Assembly: GCA_011372875.1 (NCBI GenBank)
Contig: DSAD01000257.1
Span: 1 to 41,029 of the forward strand
Source of the DNA: Deltaproteobacteria bacterium
GTDB taxonomy: Bacteria > Desulfobacterota > Desulfomonilia > UBA1062
Length of the DNA: 41,029 nt
Reading direction: 5' to 3'
Positions 30,587 to 39,809 of this stretch are shown piece by piece; position 1 is the stretch's first letter; every line of letters begins with the position of its first letter. The notes under the pieces were generated by a model, which made no database searches, had not been told where the DNA came from, and saw only the letters and a program-made list of their open reading frames with translations. A program made the position numbers and the translations under genes.

Positions 30587-31117
30587 ATGAAGGTGTTATT
30601 CAATGCCGGGGAAATTGCCCGGAAGGTGAAAGAGCTCGGTGATGAAATCACTGCTGCCTACGAAGGATGCAACCTCTACATCATCGGCATACTCAAAGGC
30701 GGTTTCATATTTATGTCGGACCTGGTCAGACAGGTCCGCATGCCGGTCAGGATCGGTTTTGTAAGGCTTTCGAGCTATGGGAATTCAGACAGCCCACAGG
30801 GCAATGTCAGGATTCTGGACGATGTTGAAGACGCGGTACAGGGCAGACATGTTCTTATTGTGGATGATATAATGGATACCGGCCAGAGTCTTCTGGCATT
30901 CAAGAAACATCTGGAAAGCAAGGGCCCAATCTCAGTAAAGATATGCACCATGATAAACAAGACACAGAGACGCATCGCCCCCATGGAACCTGACTTTTAC
31001 GGCTTCCAAGTCTCTGAAGGATTTATTGTCGGATATGGTCTTGATTACGCTGAAGATTACCGGGCGTTACCAGAAATATGCATAATAGAACCGGGTAACG
31101 GGGAAGGAAATGCCTGA
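30587..31117 (+). CDS. hpt: hypoxanthine phosphoribosyltransferase
   Basis: GILKGGFIFMSDL, LSSYG, VLIVDDIMDTG, FIVGYGLDY. Confidence 0.96.
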   Translation: MKVLFNAGEIARKVKELGDEITAAYEGCNLYIIGILKGGFIFMSDLVRQVRMPVRIGFVRLSSYGNSDSPQGNVRILDDVEDAVQGRHVLIVDDIMDTGQSLLAFKKHLESKGPISVKICTMINKTQRRIAPMEPDFYGFQVSEGFIVGYGLDYAEDYRALPEICIIEPGNGEGNA

Positions 31118-32028
31118 TGGTAGTCACATGTCCGAATTGCCACAGCAAATTCAAGCTGAACAAAGAATCCATCGTCAAAGACTACATAAAGATGAGATGC
31201 AGCATATGTTCTCACATCTTCACCTTTCAGCCTGAAGGCGAACCAAGCCTGGAACAGGAATTCGACAGCCTTATCAGCTCTTCCGATGAAACACTCTCCC
31301 AGGATTTTGATAACGAAGAAATCTCTGAGGGATTCAGTGCCGAGATAACCGAAACAACTGAAGACGAAGAATCCCACGGGGTCAGTATCGAAAAGGATAC
31401 TGATCAGCAACCCGAATCAGTTATCCGGGAAATAGACTCCATACTCGGGACTGGTGAAGAAATAGGGTCAGAAACGGACCATGATGTTACGAGAACCGAA
31501 CGACCCAAGTTTTCCTTTGCCATGGCCTTCAGCGTTATTATAATCATTGCAATCTTTGTCGCAGTCGCCCTGTGGATCGTAAGAGACCAGATCCCTTTTC
31601 TTCAGAAAACAGACAACGAGTTTCAGCAGGCTGTTCTTGAACGGGGTCCATTTTTCAGCATCGACGAAGACAGCGTCACGTATGAAATGCTTAGCAACAA
31701 TCAGGAAGGAACCGTCCTCGTAGTCAAGGGGGTTATCAGAAAACTCACGACCAAACCTCTGGATTCCGTTATGGTTCAGGCCCGGATATACGACAAGGAC
31801 GACAAGCTTATCGATTCGCGAAGTGCATATGCCGGCATTATCCCGGACTCGTCGGAATTAATGCGGCAGAAAAGCAAGGACATCAATATCCTGCTTACTG
31901 CAGAGCCCAGATCCATAGGGGCATTAGAGAGTTCTCCCGACATACCTTTTGCCGTGGCATTCTTTGGCAGACCTGCCCTCGACGGGGCATCATTCCAGGT
32001 TGAGGTAAAGGAATTTCATTGGAGATAA
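31117..32028 (+). CDS. MJ0042-type zinc-ribbon membrane protein (DUF3426-like C-terminus)
   Basis: CPNC..F...MRCSIC, acidic linker, one TM helix, beta-rich C-terminal domain. Confidence 0.82.
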   Translation: MVVTCPNCHSKFKLNKESIVKDYIKMRCSICSHIFTFQPEGEPSLEQEFDSLISSSDETLSQDFDNEEISEGFSAEITETTEDEESHGVSIEKDTDQQPESVIREIDSILGTGEEIGSETDHDVTRTERPKFSFAMAFSVIIIIAIFVAVALWIVRDQIPFLQKTDNEFQQAVLERGPFFSIDEDSVTYEMLSNNQEGTVLVVKGVIRKLTTKPLDSVMVQARIYDKDDKLIDSRSAYAGIIPDSSELMRQKSKDINILLTAEPRSIGALESSPDIPFAVAFFGRPALDGASFQVEVKEFHWR

Positions 32029-32118
32029 ACCAGAAAGCATCCACGTTCCGGCTGGGGCATTCAGCCTTTATTCCTGCGCTTTACTCTCTGATGAAAACCA
32101 GGCTGACGGCTTGACATC

Positions 32119-32532
32119 ATGCGCATAATGGGACTTGACTTCGGAACAAAAAGGATCGGCGTAGCCATCAGTGATCCAGGGGGCTCCATGGCACATCCCC
32201 TCGATACCGTCGAGGTACGCGGCGATGGATCTCATATGGAACAGCTACAGACCATAGCACGTGAATACGGGATCTCAAAGGTTGTGATAGGTCTTCCCTA
32301 TAATATGGATGGCAGCATAGGCCCCAGCGGTGAAAAGGTCCTTGCCTGGTCCGAACAGATCAAAGGCATTCTTGGTCTGCCGGTTGTTCTCTGGGATGAA
32401 AGACTTACGACATCAGAGGCTCACGAGTTTCTCATTGGATTGAATATAAAGGGTAAAAAGAGAAAGCACATTGTGGATAAGATTGCCGCCGGCATTATCC
32501 TGAAAGATTATCTGGAATCGTCGCACCCATGA
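32119..32532 (+). CDS. ruvX: RuvX/YqgF nuclease
   Basis: GLDFGTKRIGVAISD, GLP.NMDG, WDERLTT, VD.IAA. Confidence 0.95.
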   Translation: MRIMGLDFGTKRIGVAISDPGGSMAHPLDTVEVRGDGSHMEQLQTIAREYGISKVVIGLPYNMDGSIGPSGEKVLAWSEQIKGILGLPVVLWDERLTTSEAHEFLIGLNIKGKKRKHIVDKIAAGIILKDYLESSHP

Positions 32533-33524
32533 AATCGGTTGCCTATGTCGTCTTTCTTGTCATCACCTGCATATCCATACTTATGCTTATCCATACCTAT
32601 GCATTTATATCGACAGCATCCATACCCCTGAATCCGGTCATAATCGAGATCAAGCCGGGAACAAGCGCATGGGAGATATCCCGGACACTGGAAGACACGG
32701 GAATTGTAACCGATTCCTTCATGTTCATGGCCCTTTCGCTTGCAACCAGAAAGGCATCTCATCTTCAGGCCGGAACATATGTATTCGAGGGCAGACATTT
32801 TCCCATGGATATCATCCATATCCTGTTTAAGGGACGGACGCTTAGATACCGTATTACGATCCCTGAAGGATCTGATCTCTTTGCTGTCGGAGACATTATC
32901 GCTGCCACAGGGCTGCTTACAAAGGAGGACTTCATCCGGAGCGCATCGGATACCGGCTCACCCGAGTTCTTCGGACTGGATTCGCAGTCCATGGAAGGAT
33001 TCTTATACCCTGACACCTACTACCTCTCTCCCAACATGACAGCACTCGAGATGATGGCAAAGATGGTGGAACGATTTAACCAGATCTTCACCCCGGAGAT
33101 GCAGCAGCAGGCAGATGCTCTGGGAATGACCAGGACCGAGATCGTAACCCTTGCATCGATTATAGAGAAAGAGGCTGTCTTGAATGAAGAAAAACCGATA
33201 ATATCATCGGTTTTTCACAACAGACTCAAGAAAAGGATGCTCCTTCAGTCCGACCCTACCGCAATCTATGGGATTGATAATTTCCACAGGAAAATCAGCC
33301 GTAAAGACCTGCAAAGAGATACACCGTACAACACCTACAAATATCCCGGTCTTCCGCCCGGGCCCATCTGTAATCCGGACAAATATTCGATAATTGCCGC
33401 GCTTAATCCTGAAAAAACCGATTACTTTTATTTCGTGGCGAAGGGTAACGGACTACACCACTTTTCAACCTCTCTCAAAGAGCACAACAGGGCTATAATC
33501 AGCAACAGAAAGGCCGGGAGATAG
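32529..33524 (+). CDS. mltG: endolytic transglycosylase
   Basis: TIPEG, EGFLYPDTY, LASIIEKE, VFHNRL, LQSDPT, PYNTY..PGLPPGPICNP. Confidence 0.95.
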   Translation: MKSVAYVVFLVITCISILMLIHTYAFISTASIPLNPVIIEIKPGTSAWEISRTLEDTGIVTDSFMFMALSLATRKASHLQAGTYVFEGRHFPMDIIHILFKGRTLRYRITIPEGSDLFAVGDIIAATGLLTKEDFIRSASDTGSPEFFGLDSQSMEGFLYPDTYYLSPNMTALEMMAKMVERFNQIFTPEMQQQADALGMTRTEIVTLASIIEKEAVLNEEKPIISSVFHNRLKKRMLLQSDPTAIYGIDNFHRKISRKDLQRDTPYNTYKYPGLPPGPICNPDKYSIIAALNPEKTDYFYFVAKGNGLHHFSTSLKEHNRAIISNRKAGR

Positions 33525-33573
33525 TACCCGATTCATCTAAAGTTAATCCCGGCACCTTACGATATATGAAGGC

Positions 33574-34188
33574 ATGGAACACTTGCGCGCAGCGATCATC
33601 GACGACGAAGACGGGGTTCTGGATCTTATCGAGCTGATTCTGAAGGAAGAAGGTCTGAAAGTATCCCGCTTCAATAAAGCAGAGGATCTTCAGGCAGCAC
33701 TGAATACACAGACCTTCGACATTATCATTTCCGATCTGGTTCTGCCCGGGATATCAGGACTCGATCTGCTCGACATACTCAATAAGGATTCCATTGATAT
33801 ACCATTCGTTCTGATCACAGGATATGCATCCCTTGACTCTGCGATTGATGCAGTCAACCGCGGGGCCTTCTACTATATCAAAAAACCCTTCAATATAGAG
33901 GAGATCCGTTTTGTGATTCAACGGCTCAAGCAAAGACGTGACACCTTAAGGGAGATTGCTTCACTAAAGAACAAGGTACTCTCGCTCCAGAACCAACTTG
34001 AGACAGAGGTAAAGAAAACGCTTGAGAACATACCGGTGATAACCCAATCCAACCCGTTTCAGGGCGGCTACGATGTAAACAAGGTATTTACTGCGATTGA
34101 ATACCTCGGAAGACTGAAAACAGACGGTCTCATATCGGACAAGGAGTTCGGGGAATACAAGGGCAGGATTCTCAAAAGGATTATATAA
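33574..34188 (+). CDS. response regulator with coiled coil and C-terminal SHOCT-like domain
   Basis: IIDDE, SDLVLP, ITGY, YIKKP. Tail IEYLGRLKTDGLISDKEFGEYKGRIL. Confidence 0.85.
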   Translation: MEHLRAAIIDDEDGVLDLIELILKEEGLKVSRFNKAEDLQAALNTQTFDIIISDLVLPGISGLDLLDILNKDSIDIPFVLITGYASLDSAIDAVNRGAFYYIKKPFNIEEIRFVIQRLKQRRDTLREIASLKNKVLSLQNQLETEVKKTLENIPVITQSNPFQGGYDVNKVFTAIEYLGRLKTDGLISDKEFGEYKGRILKRII

Positions 34189-35612
34189 TGCAAGACAAGG
34201 TCTTAATAGTTGATGATGATCCTGGGATAAGAAACACGATTTCAGAACTCGTGGGCGAACTCGGATATGAGAGCGAAACAGCCGCAGACGGCCTCGATGC
34301 AATCGCCATGCTCGATTCAGGACCCTATCTTTGTGTATTCACCGACATCATGATGCCGAACATGACAGGACTGGAACTGATCCAGAAAATAAAGGCCAGG
34401 GAAATATCCCTGCCCATCATCGTAATCACCGGATATGCATCGCTGGAGATAGCTATCGATGCAATGAAATATGGTGCATCGGACTTTATATCAAAGCCGT
34501 TCAAGGTCAAGCAGATCGAACTGCTGCTCAACAAGGTGAAACGTGAGAAAAGCCTTCTTGAAGAGAATAAACGCTTCTCCGACACCCTTCATCTTCACCG
34601 TCTCATCGACAATCTAGTCGGCCAGCTGGAAGACAAGAAAGAGGAAATCATATCCCTGCAGGCCATATCGGGAAAGATCGTCAGTCTTAAAGGTATACGC
34701 GACCTGGTTGGTGCCATCATCGATGTATCCAAACAGCTCATGGATGATGCCGAGGTGGAATTCTTTCCAGTCAGCAGAAAAACCAACACGCTCATCGATA
34801 CCAAAGGAGACAAGGAAATACCTCTTGACCCGGGACTTCTCAGCGGTTCGATTGTCAGGAAACAAAATGACGGCCCGTCCTTAATAAATAAATTCGAAAC
34901 CATATTTCCGCTAACCATCGAGGGCCAGGTATTCGGAGCTCTGGACATCAGATCAGAGACCATCTTAGATGACGACAAGGAAGGCAAGATCCAGTATCTG
35001 CTCGACCGCTGCGCAGAACGCATGGAAAACGTTGCGCTCTATGAAGGCCTTTATGAGAATATGCTCTCGACACTCAATTCCATGGCAAAGATACTCGATG
35101 CCAGAGATCCTCATACCTCCCAGCATTCCACACGGGTAACCATGCTCTCCGCAGCAATGGGCAATGCCCTGGGCCTGAATGAGGATGAACGTGATGTCCT
35201 GTATATTGCGGCATCGCTTCACGACATCGGCAAGGTGGGCATCCCCGACAATATCCTCCTGAAACCTCAAGGGCTTACAGAGGAAGAGTTCGCCATTATA
35301 AAAAAACATCCGGATATCGGCGCGGACATCCTCAAGCAGATTCCTCCAATGGCACGCGAATCAGAAATCATTCGACACCACCATGAGCACTACAACGGGA
35401 AAGGCTACCCTTCCGGGCTCAAAGCAGGTGATATACCCTATCTGTCCCGCATCATTTCCCTGGCAGACGCCTTTGACGCAATGACATCCGACAGGCCATA
35501 CCGTAAGGGCATGTCGGTGGAGATGGCAATCGAAGAGATCCAGCGATGCAAAGGGATTCAGTTCGATCCTGATCTTTCAGACATCTTCATTCAGAGAATT
35601 GCCCGGCTATAG
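34188..35612 (+). CDS. REC + degenerate GAF + HD-GYP cyclic-dinucleotide phosphodiesterase
   Basis: VDDD, TDIMMP, ARDPHTSQHS, LHDIGK, HHEHYNGKGYP, ADAFDAMTSDRPYR. TAATG overlap with the upstream gene. Confidence 0.93.
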   Translation: MQDKVLIVDDDPGIRNTISELVGELGYESETAADGLDAIAMLDSGPYLCVFTDIMMPNMTGLELIQKIKAREISLPIIVITGYASLEIAIDAMKYGASDFISKPFKVKQIELLLNKVKREKSLLEENKRFSDTLHLHRLIDNLVGQLEDKKEEIISLQAISGKIVSLKGIRDLVGAIIDVSKQLMDDAEVEFFPVSRKTNTLIDTKGDKEIPLDPGLLSGSIVRKQNDGPSLINKFETIFPLTIEGQVFGALDIRSETILDDDKEGKIQYLLDRCAERMENVALYEGLYENMLSTLNSMAKILDARDPHTSQHSTRVTMLSAAMGNALGLNEDERDVLYIAASLHDIGKVGIPDNILLKPQGLTEEEFAIIKKHPDIGADILKQIPPMARESEIIRHHHEHYNGKGYPSGLKAGDIPYLSRIISLADAFDAMTSDRPYRKGMSVEMAIEEIQRCKGIQFDPDLSDIFIQRIARL

Positions 35613-35618
35613 GCAGTC

Positions 35619-36101
35619 CTACTGTTCAGACGGCAGTTCAGCGCCAGTGTCCTTTACTGGTGGTTCCAAAGAGGAACTATCGGGTTGTTCTGCACCGTCC
35701 TTATCCATAATGGCCCGCAACTTCTGTTTCAGCTCCAGGTTTTCCCGTACAAGCTCTTTATTTTCACTCACAGCGACTGCCATCAGCCGGTTTTCTTTCT
35801 CCAGAAGCGATATCCTCTGGGAAAGGGCATCGATCTGATCCATGTTCTGCGCGGCACCGGCTGCCTGTTTCTGCTCAAGCATGTTCATCTCCGTCTCAAG
35901 CCCATCCACCGTATCGAGAAGTTTCTTGTTTTTATGTTCCAAGGTAGCAATATAGTTGATCGTTTCCTGAAGAAAGGCCTTATGATCCAACTGCTTGTCA
36001 TTGTTCAGCCCCCAGAAATAGTACCCGAGAATAAGTCCTGCAACAAACAACATCGCTGCAACAACCAGAACAGTCATGGATTTCTTCTTTGTCTCCGCCA
36101 T
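35619..36101 (-). CDS. hypothetical bitopic membrane protein with coiled coil
   Basis: KKK, one TM helix, then heptad-rich helices. Confidence 0.75.
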   Translation of the reverse strand: MAETKKKSMTVLVVAAMLFVAGLILGYYFWGLNNDKQLDHKAFLQETINYIATLEHKNKKLLDTVDGLETEMNMLEQKQAAGAAQNMDQIDALSQRISLLEKENRLMAVAVSENKELVRENLELKQKLRAIMDKDGAEQPDSSSLEPPVKDTGAELPSEQ

Positions 36102-36140
36102 TTATCCATCCCCTTTATATCATATCATCATTAAAAGATA

Positions 36141-36156
36141 TGGCATCCTGGTTGCG
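36141..36156 (+). promoter_or_regulatory. candidate sigma54 promoter
   Basis: TGGCAT-CCTGG-TTGCG, with correct GG-N10-GC spacing. Confidence 0.55.
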
Positions 36157-36234
36157 CAGTCAAGCCGAAGTTCAACAGGCAAAGGGAAAAGGTATTTCAG
36201 ATTGCGATAAAACGGATCTCGAATTATAGAAAAC

Positions 36235-36254
36235 AGGGTACAGGGTATAAGGTT
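36235..36254 (-). repeat. second copy of the heptamer repeat
   Basis: The reverse complement AACCTTATACCCTGTACCCT is identical to 3229-3248 (20/20). Confidence 0.85.
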
Positions 36255-36282
36255 GCGAAAAATCCTGATATGGAATAACAAA

Positions 36283-37287
36283 ATGGATATGGACATATTG
36301 ATCGTCAAGCTCGGTGCCCTGGGCGATGTGGTCAACACCCTGCCACTTGCCATCACCCTTAAGAAACAACTGGGGGCTCATATACACTGGGTAGTTGAAC
36401 CGTTGAGCTATCCGCTCGTGGCCCACCACAGGTGTGTCGACAGTACCATTGTGTTCGACAAGCATAACTGGATACAGTCCCTGCCGGGTGTAATCCGGCA
36501 GATAAGAAAGCAGCGGTTCGATATCTGTCTCGATCTGCAAAGGATTATCAAATCAGGTTTGCTTTGCCTTGCATCAAGGAGCACACGTCGTATCGGGTTT
36601 GACCAGCACCGCTGCAAGGAGATGACCGGGATTTTTCCCTTTGATCGTATCCCTGCGTCCGACCCCGGAAGGCATATGCTGCTTCAGTACCTTGAATTTG
36701 CAGAGTATCTCGGAATACAAGACCATGCAATATGCTGGAATATACCGGTAGACGAACATGTTCCTTCCGGGCTTCCATCACAATATCTCGTATTGAATAT
36801 AGGGGCCACCAAAGAGGCAAACAAATGGACACCCCAGGGGTTTGCATCGCTCGCGATGGCAATCTCTGGAAAGTATTCCGTCCCCTGCGTACTTACCGGC
36901 GTCAGTCAGGACAGGGCAATGGCGGACACGATTATAGATATTGCAGGAAAGCACGTTATCGATCTTGTGGGCAAGACATCCCTTCAGGATCTGATCAATG
37001 TCCTGAACGGTTCATTGGCAGTGGTAAGCTGCGACACAGGCCCTATGCATCTGGGAGTCGCCCTGGGCAGGGAGGTGATAGCACTGTTCGGCCCTGCAGA
37101 CCCGTCAAGGACCGGGCCGTATCGGGGTCACGTCATCAAGAAACAACTTCATTGCTCTCCCTGCAATAAAAGGGCATGCAAGGATCCTGTTTGCATGACC
37201 TCGATTCGCAGTGAAGATGTGATGGAAAAGATAGACCTTGTCCTAAAAGCCCATGGGCTTCAGGCCCGCTCAGACACAACGGAATAG
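36283..37287 (+). CDS. glycosyltransferase family 9 (heptosyltransferase-like)
   Basis: ILIVKLGALGDVV, DLQ..IKS, DTGPMHL, LFGP, CSPC...C...CM. Start is 36283 or 36289. Confidence 0.92.
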   Translation: MDMDILIVKLGALGDVVNTLPLAITLKKQLGAHIHWVVEPLSYPLVAHHRCVDSTIVFDKHNWIQSLPGVIRQIRKQRFDICLDLQRIIKSGLLCLASRSTRRIGFDQHRCKEMTGIFPFDRIPASDPGRHMLLQYLEFAEYLGIQDHAICWNIPVDEHVPSGLPSQYLVLNIGATKEANKWTPQGFASLAMAISGKYSVPCVLTGVSQDRAMADTIIDIAGKHVIDLVGKTSLQDLINVLNGSLAVVSCDTGPMHLGVALGREVIALFGPADPSRTGPYRGHVIKKQLHCSPCNKRACKDPVCMTSIRSEDVMEKIDLVLKAHGLQARSDTTE

Positions 37288-37289
37288 GA

Positions 37290-38744
37290 TCAGGCCCTGG
37301 GGCATCTCCATGAATCTACATGATCACCTTCAGGGGTGCAATAAAGGATATCCCTTTTCTCAGAGCACCTCCATACATCCTGAAACAAGGTTACGGGGTC
37401 ATCTCCGGTACAACCGGCATATGCTCTCAGGAATCTCATCCGCATGCCCAGGCTGATATACACCGGGATGCTCGTGTTGATCTGTACAAGATTTTTCAGT
37501 CTCTTTGCATACTGCAGGAAACGCCTTTGTTCTATACGGTCGGTATCAAGCAGATAAAATCGAGGGACTGCAGGATCGACCTTGATGTTACATGCCTTGA
37601 GATCGGCATGGTATATATTAAGGGCATGCATTGAACCGATCATCTCCCCAAATGCAGATACAACACCCATCTTGTCCCTGAAACAAAGGTCCTTGAACTC
37701 AGTACAGAAAAAGACATCGAGATCCGGATGATACAGCATTTTGGTAACAAGCACACTCGAGCGGTCTTCATACACACCTACAGCAGCGGGGTCTGCAACG
37801 CCTATGCCGTTAAAATAGAGGGTGAGCAGCCCTTTCCACGAACGCAGCGCATACTCGGAACACAACGGCCCTGGACGTTTGTATGTCTTGACACAATAGG
37901 AATCCACCTCGGAGAGTTGTGTCTTTTCCTGATATTTCAGGACATTTCTCCGCTCGGCAATATTCCTGACATGTCTGCCAAGCAAGGATTCAAGGTCAAG
38001 AGCATCCCCCATAAACACATATGCCCTGTAGTTTTCCCCTTTAATTTCGTGTGTAAAGATCCCCGGCTTCAGACACCGCTCCACCAGCTTCTTCACGTAT
38101 CGACGCCTCGAATGCAGAGCCTTCGCGCGTATCTCTTGTGCAAGACCTTTTGATTCATAAAGGCTCCCGATTCTTTTCAGTGCGTCTTCAAGTTCGTCAT
38201 CCCCGATATCATAAACAGCCAGAACCTGAGAGAAAAGGGCTATGACATGGCGAGGTCTGATCACCCTGCAGGGGTTTACTTCATAGACATCCAGCAGGTA
38301 TGGCCTGTCAGAGTCGTCAAGCACGATATTGCCCAAATGCATGTCGGAAAAGAAAAACCCGTTCTTCAGGAGTTCAACAGTCATATCAAGCATGACTGAG
38401 GCCTGCTTCTGCCTTTCGAGATCATGCAGACCCCGGCACGGATGCACGGCCTTTGTAATAAGCGCGCTTGAGGCTGCAAGGCGTATATGATCAACAACTT
38501 CCGGGACGTTCAGGCCACAGCCCTTCAAGTGTCTGAGCATGTCCGCCTCATGCAGTGTCCTCGGCCGGAGAAGATTTCTCAGTTTTGCTACCGGGCCCTC
38601 AGGATCATATATCTTGACGAAATATTCAGGGGTGGTGCCCCTGTCCAGCCGGTATACTCTCCGTATGGACCTCTCCTGTATAAGACACCACTCGTGCTCA
38701 ATATACCTCGATGAGATAAGATCTCTTATATGGGTATATTTCAT
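37290..38744 (-). CDS. tandem two-domain LPS kinase (WaaP/KdkA/InaA-like)
   Basis: Domain 1: FVKIY, FSDMHLGNI, LLD. Domain 2: CVKTY, YHADLKACNI, LLDTD, R.KNLVQIN. Confidence 0.82.
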   Translation of the reverse strand: MKYTHIRDLISSRYIEHEWCLIQERSIRRVYRLDRGTTPEYFVKIYDPEGPVAKLRNLLRPRTLHEADMLRHLKGCGLNVPEVVDHIRLAASSALITKAVHPCRGLHDLERQKQASVMLDMTVELLKNGFFFSDMHLGNIVLDDSDRPYLLDVYEVNPCRVIRPRHVIALFSQVLAVYDIGDDELEDALKRIGSLYESKGLAQEIRAKALHSRRRYVKKLVERCLKPGIFTHEIKGENYRAYVFMGDALDLESLLGRHVRNIAERRNVLKYQEKTQLSEVDSYCVKTYKRPGPLCSEYALRSWKGLLTLYFNGIGVADPAAVGVYEDRSSVLVTKMLYHPDLDVFFCTEFKDLCFRDKMGVVSAFGEMIGSMHALNIYHADLKACNIKVDPAVPRFYLLDTDRIEQRRFLQYAKRLKNLVQINTSIPVYISLGMRMRFLRAYAGCTGDDPVTLFQDVWRCSEKRDILYCTPEGDHVDSWRCPRA

Positions 38745-38765
38745 GACCGCCTTTCATATACCTGT

Positions 38766-39800
38766 TCAGACTTTTCCTGTATCCTCACCCATGCAGGGTT
38801 TCTCCCTTTCAAGCAAGGTCCTGCAGGCATCCATGACCTCGTCCGCCCCCAAACTCCTCATGCAGTATATATCCTTGCATGACCGGTTAAGATAACACGG
38901 GGAACACTTCATCTCCTTTCTCACCACAATGCTGTGAGTGTTCTGCGGTCCTACATAGTACGGATCGGTAGGTCCGAACAGGGCAACCACCGGGATATCC
39001 GCAGCCGAAGCCATATGCATTACCCCGGAATCAATACCCACAAAAAGGGCAGCCTTTTTCAGCAGGGGATATAATTCCCGCAGTCCCAGGGCACCTGTCA
39101 GGTCGATAACATCGATCTCTTCCCGGCCGGAGCGCTCGGAAACATATCGAGCGATCAGGCCGTTGCACTCGTGGGTATCTCCCCCTCCCACGAGAACAGC
39201 CGAAAGACCGTGCTCGCGATACAGCGAGACAATGACCTCGGCATACTTCTGTTCGTCCCATGCCTTGGCAAGTCTCCTGCTGGAGGCGCCTGCAGAGACC
39301 ACTACATACTTTTCAGGAAGACCGGACACAGAGCATTCCTGCTGTACGGCAAGCAGACCCACGTAATCGTTCTTGACAATGTTCATGCCGAGTCTTTCGA
39401 GCAGACGCGCATTGTTGATCCAGCAGTTGTGTCCTGCAACTGTCTCTTTTACATCCAGGGCAATGTCCCAGGGAAAATGGACAAACCCTGCCTTTATCCC
39501 TGCAGAGCTCAGCGCGGTAAGCAGCATGGCCTCCTGAGAACGGGCAAGGGATATGAGCATGTCGTAGCCGTTGCGGTGAAGCCTTCTTGCCAGGTCAAGT
39601 CTTCCTGCGTAGCTGTCGTCCCTGATGTATATGCGCTCAACATATGGTGAATCCTCAAGCAAACCCCTCAGGTAAGGTTTCACGACCGAATGGATACTTG
39701 CACCGGGACAGTTATCCTTTAGCGCCCTGAGCAACGGCAGGGAAAAGACCAGATCCCCGATCTGGTTGAGATGGATAACACAGATCTTTTCAATCTTCAT
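38766..39800 (-). CDS. glycosyltransferase family 9 (heptosyltransferase-like)
   Basis: NQIGDLV, DSGVMHMA, ALFGPTDP, CSPC...C...CM. Confidence 0.92.
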   Translation of the reverse strand: MKIEKICVIHLNQIGDLVFSLPLLRALKDNCPGASIHSVVKPYLRGLLEDSPYVERIYIRDDSYAGRLDLARRLHRNGYDMLISLARSQEAMLLTALSSAGIKAGFVHFPWDIALDVKETVAGHNCWINNARLLERLGMNIVKNDYVGLLAVQQECSVSGLPEKYVVVSAGASSRRLAKAWDEQKYAEVIVSLYREHGLSAVLVGGGDTHECNGLIARYVSERSGREEIDVIDLTGALGLRELYPLLKKAALFVGIDSGVMHMASAADIPVVALFGPTDPYYVGPQNTHSIVVRKEMKCSPCYLNRSCKDIYCMRSLGADEVMDACRTLLEREKPCMGEDTGKV

Positions 39801-39809
39801 GGCATTTCA

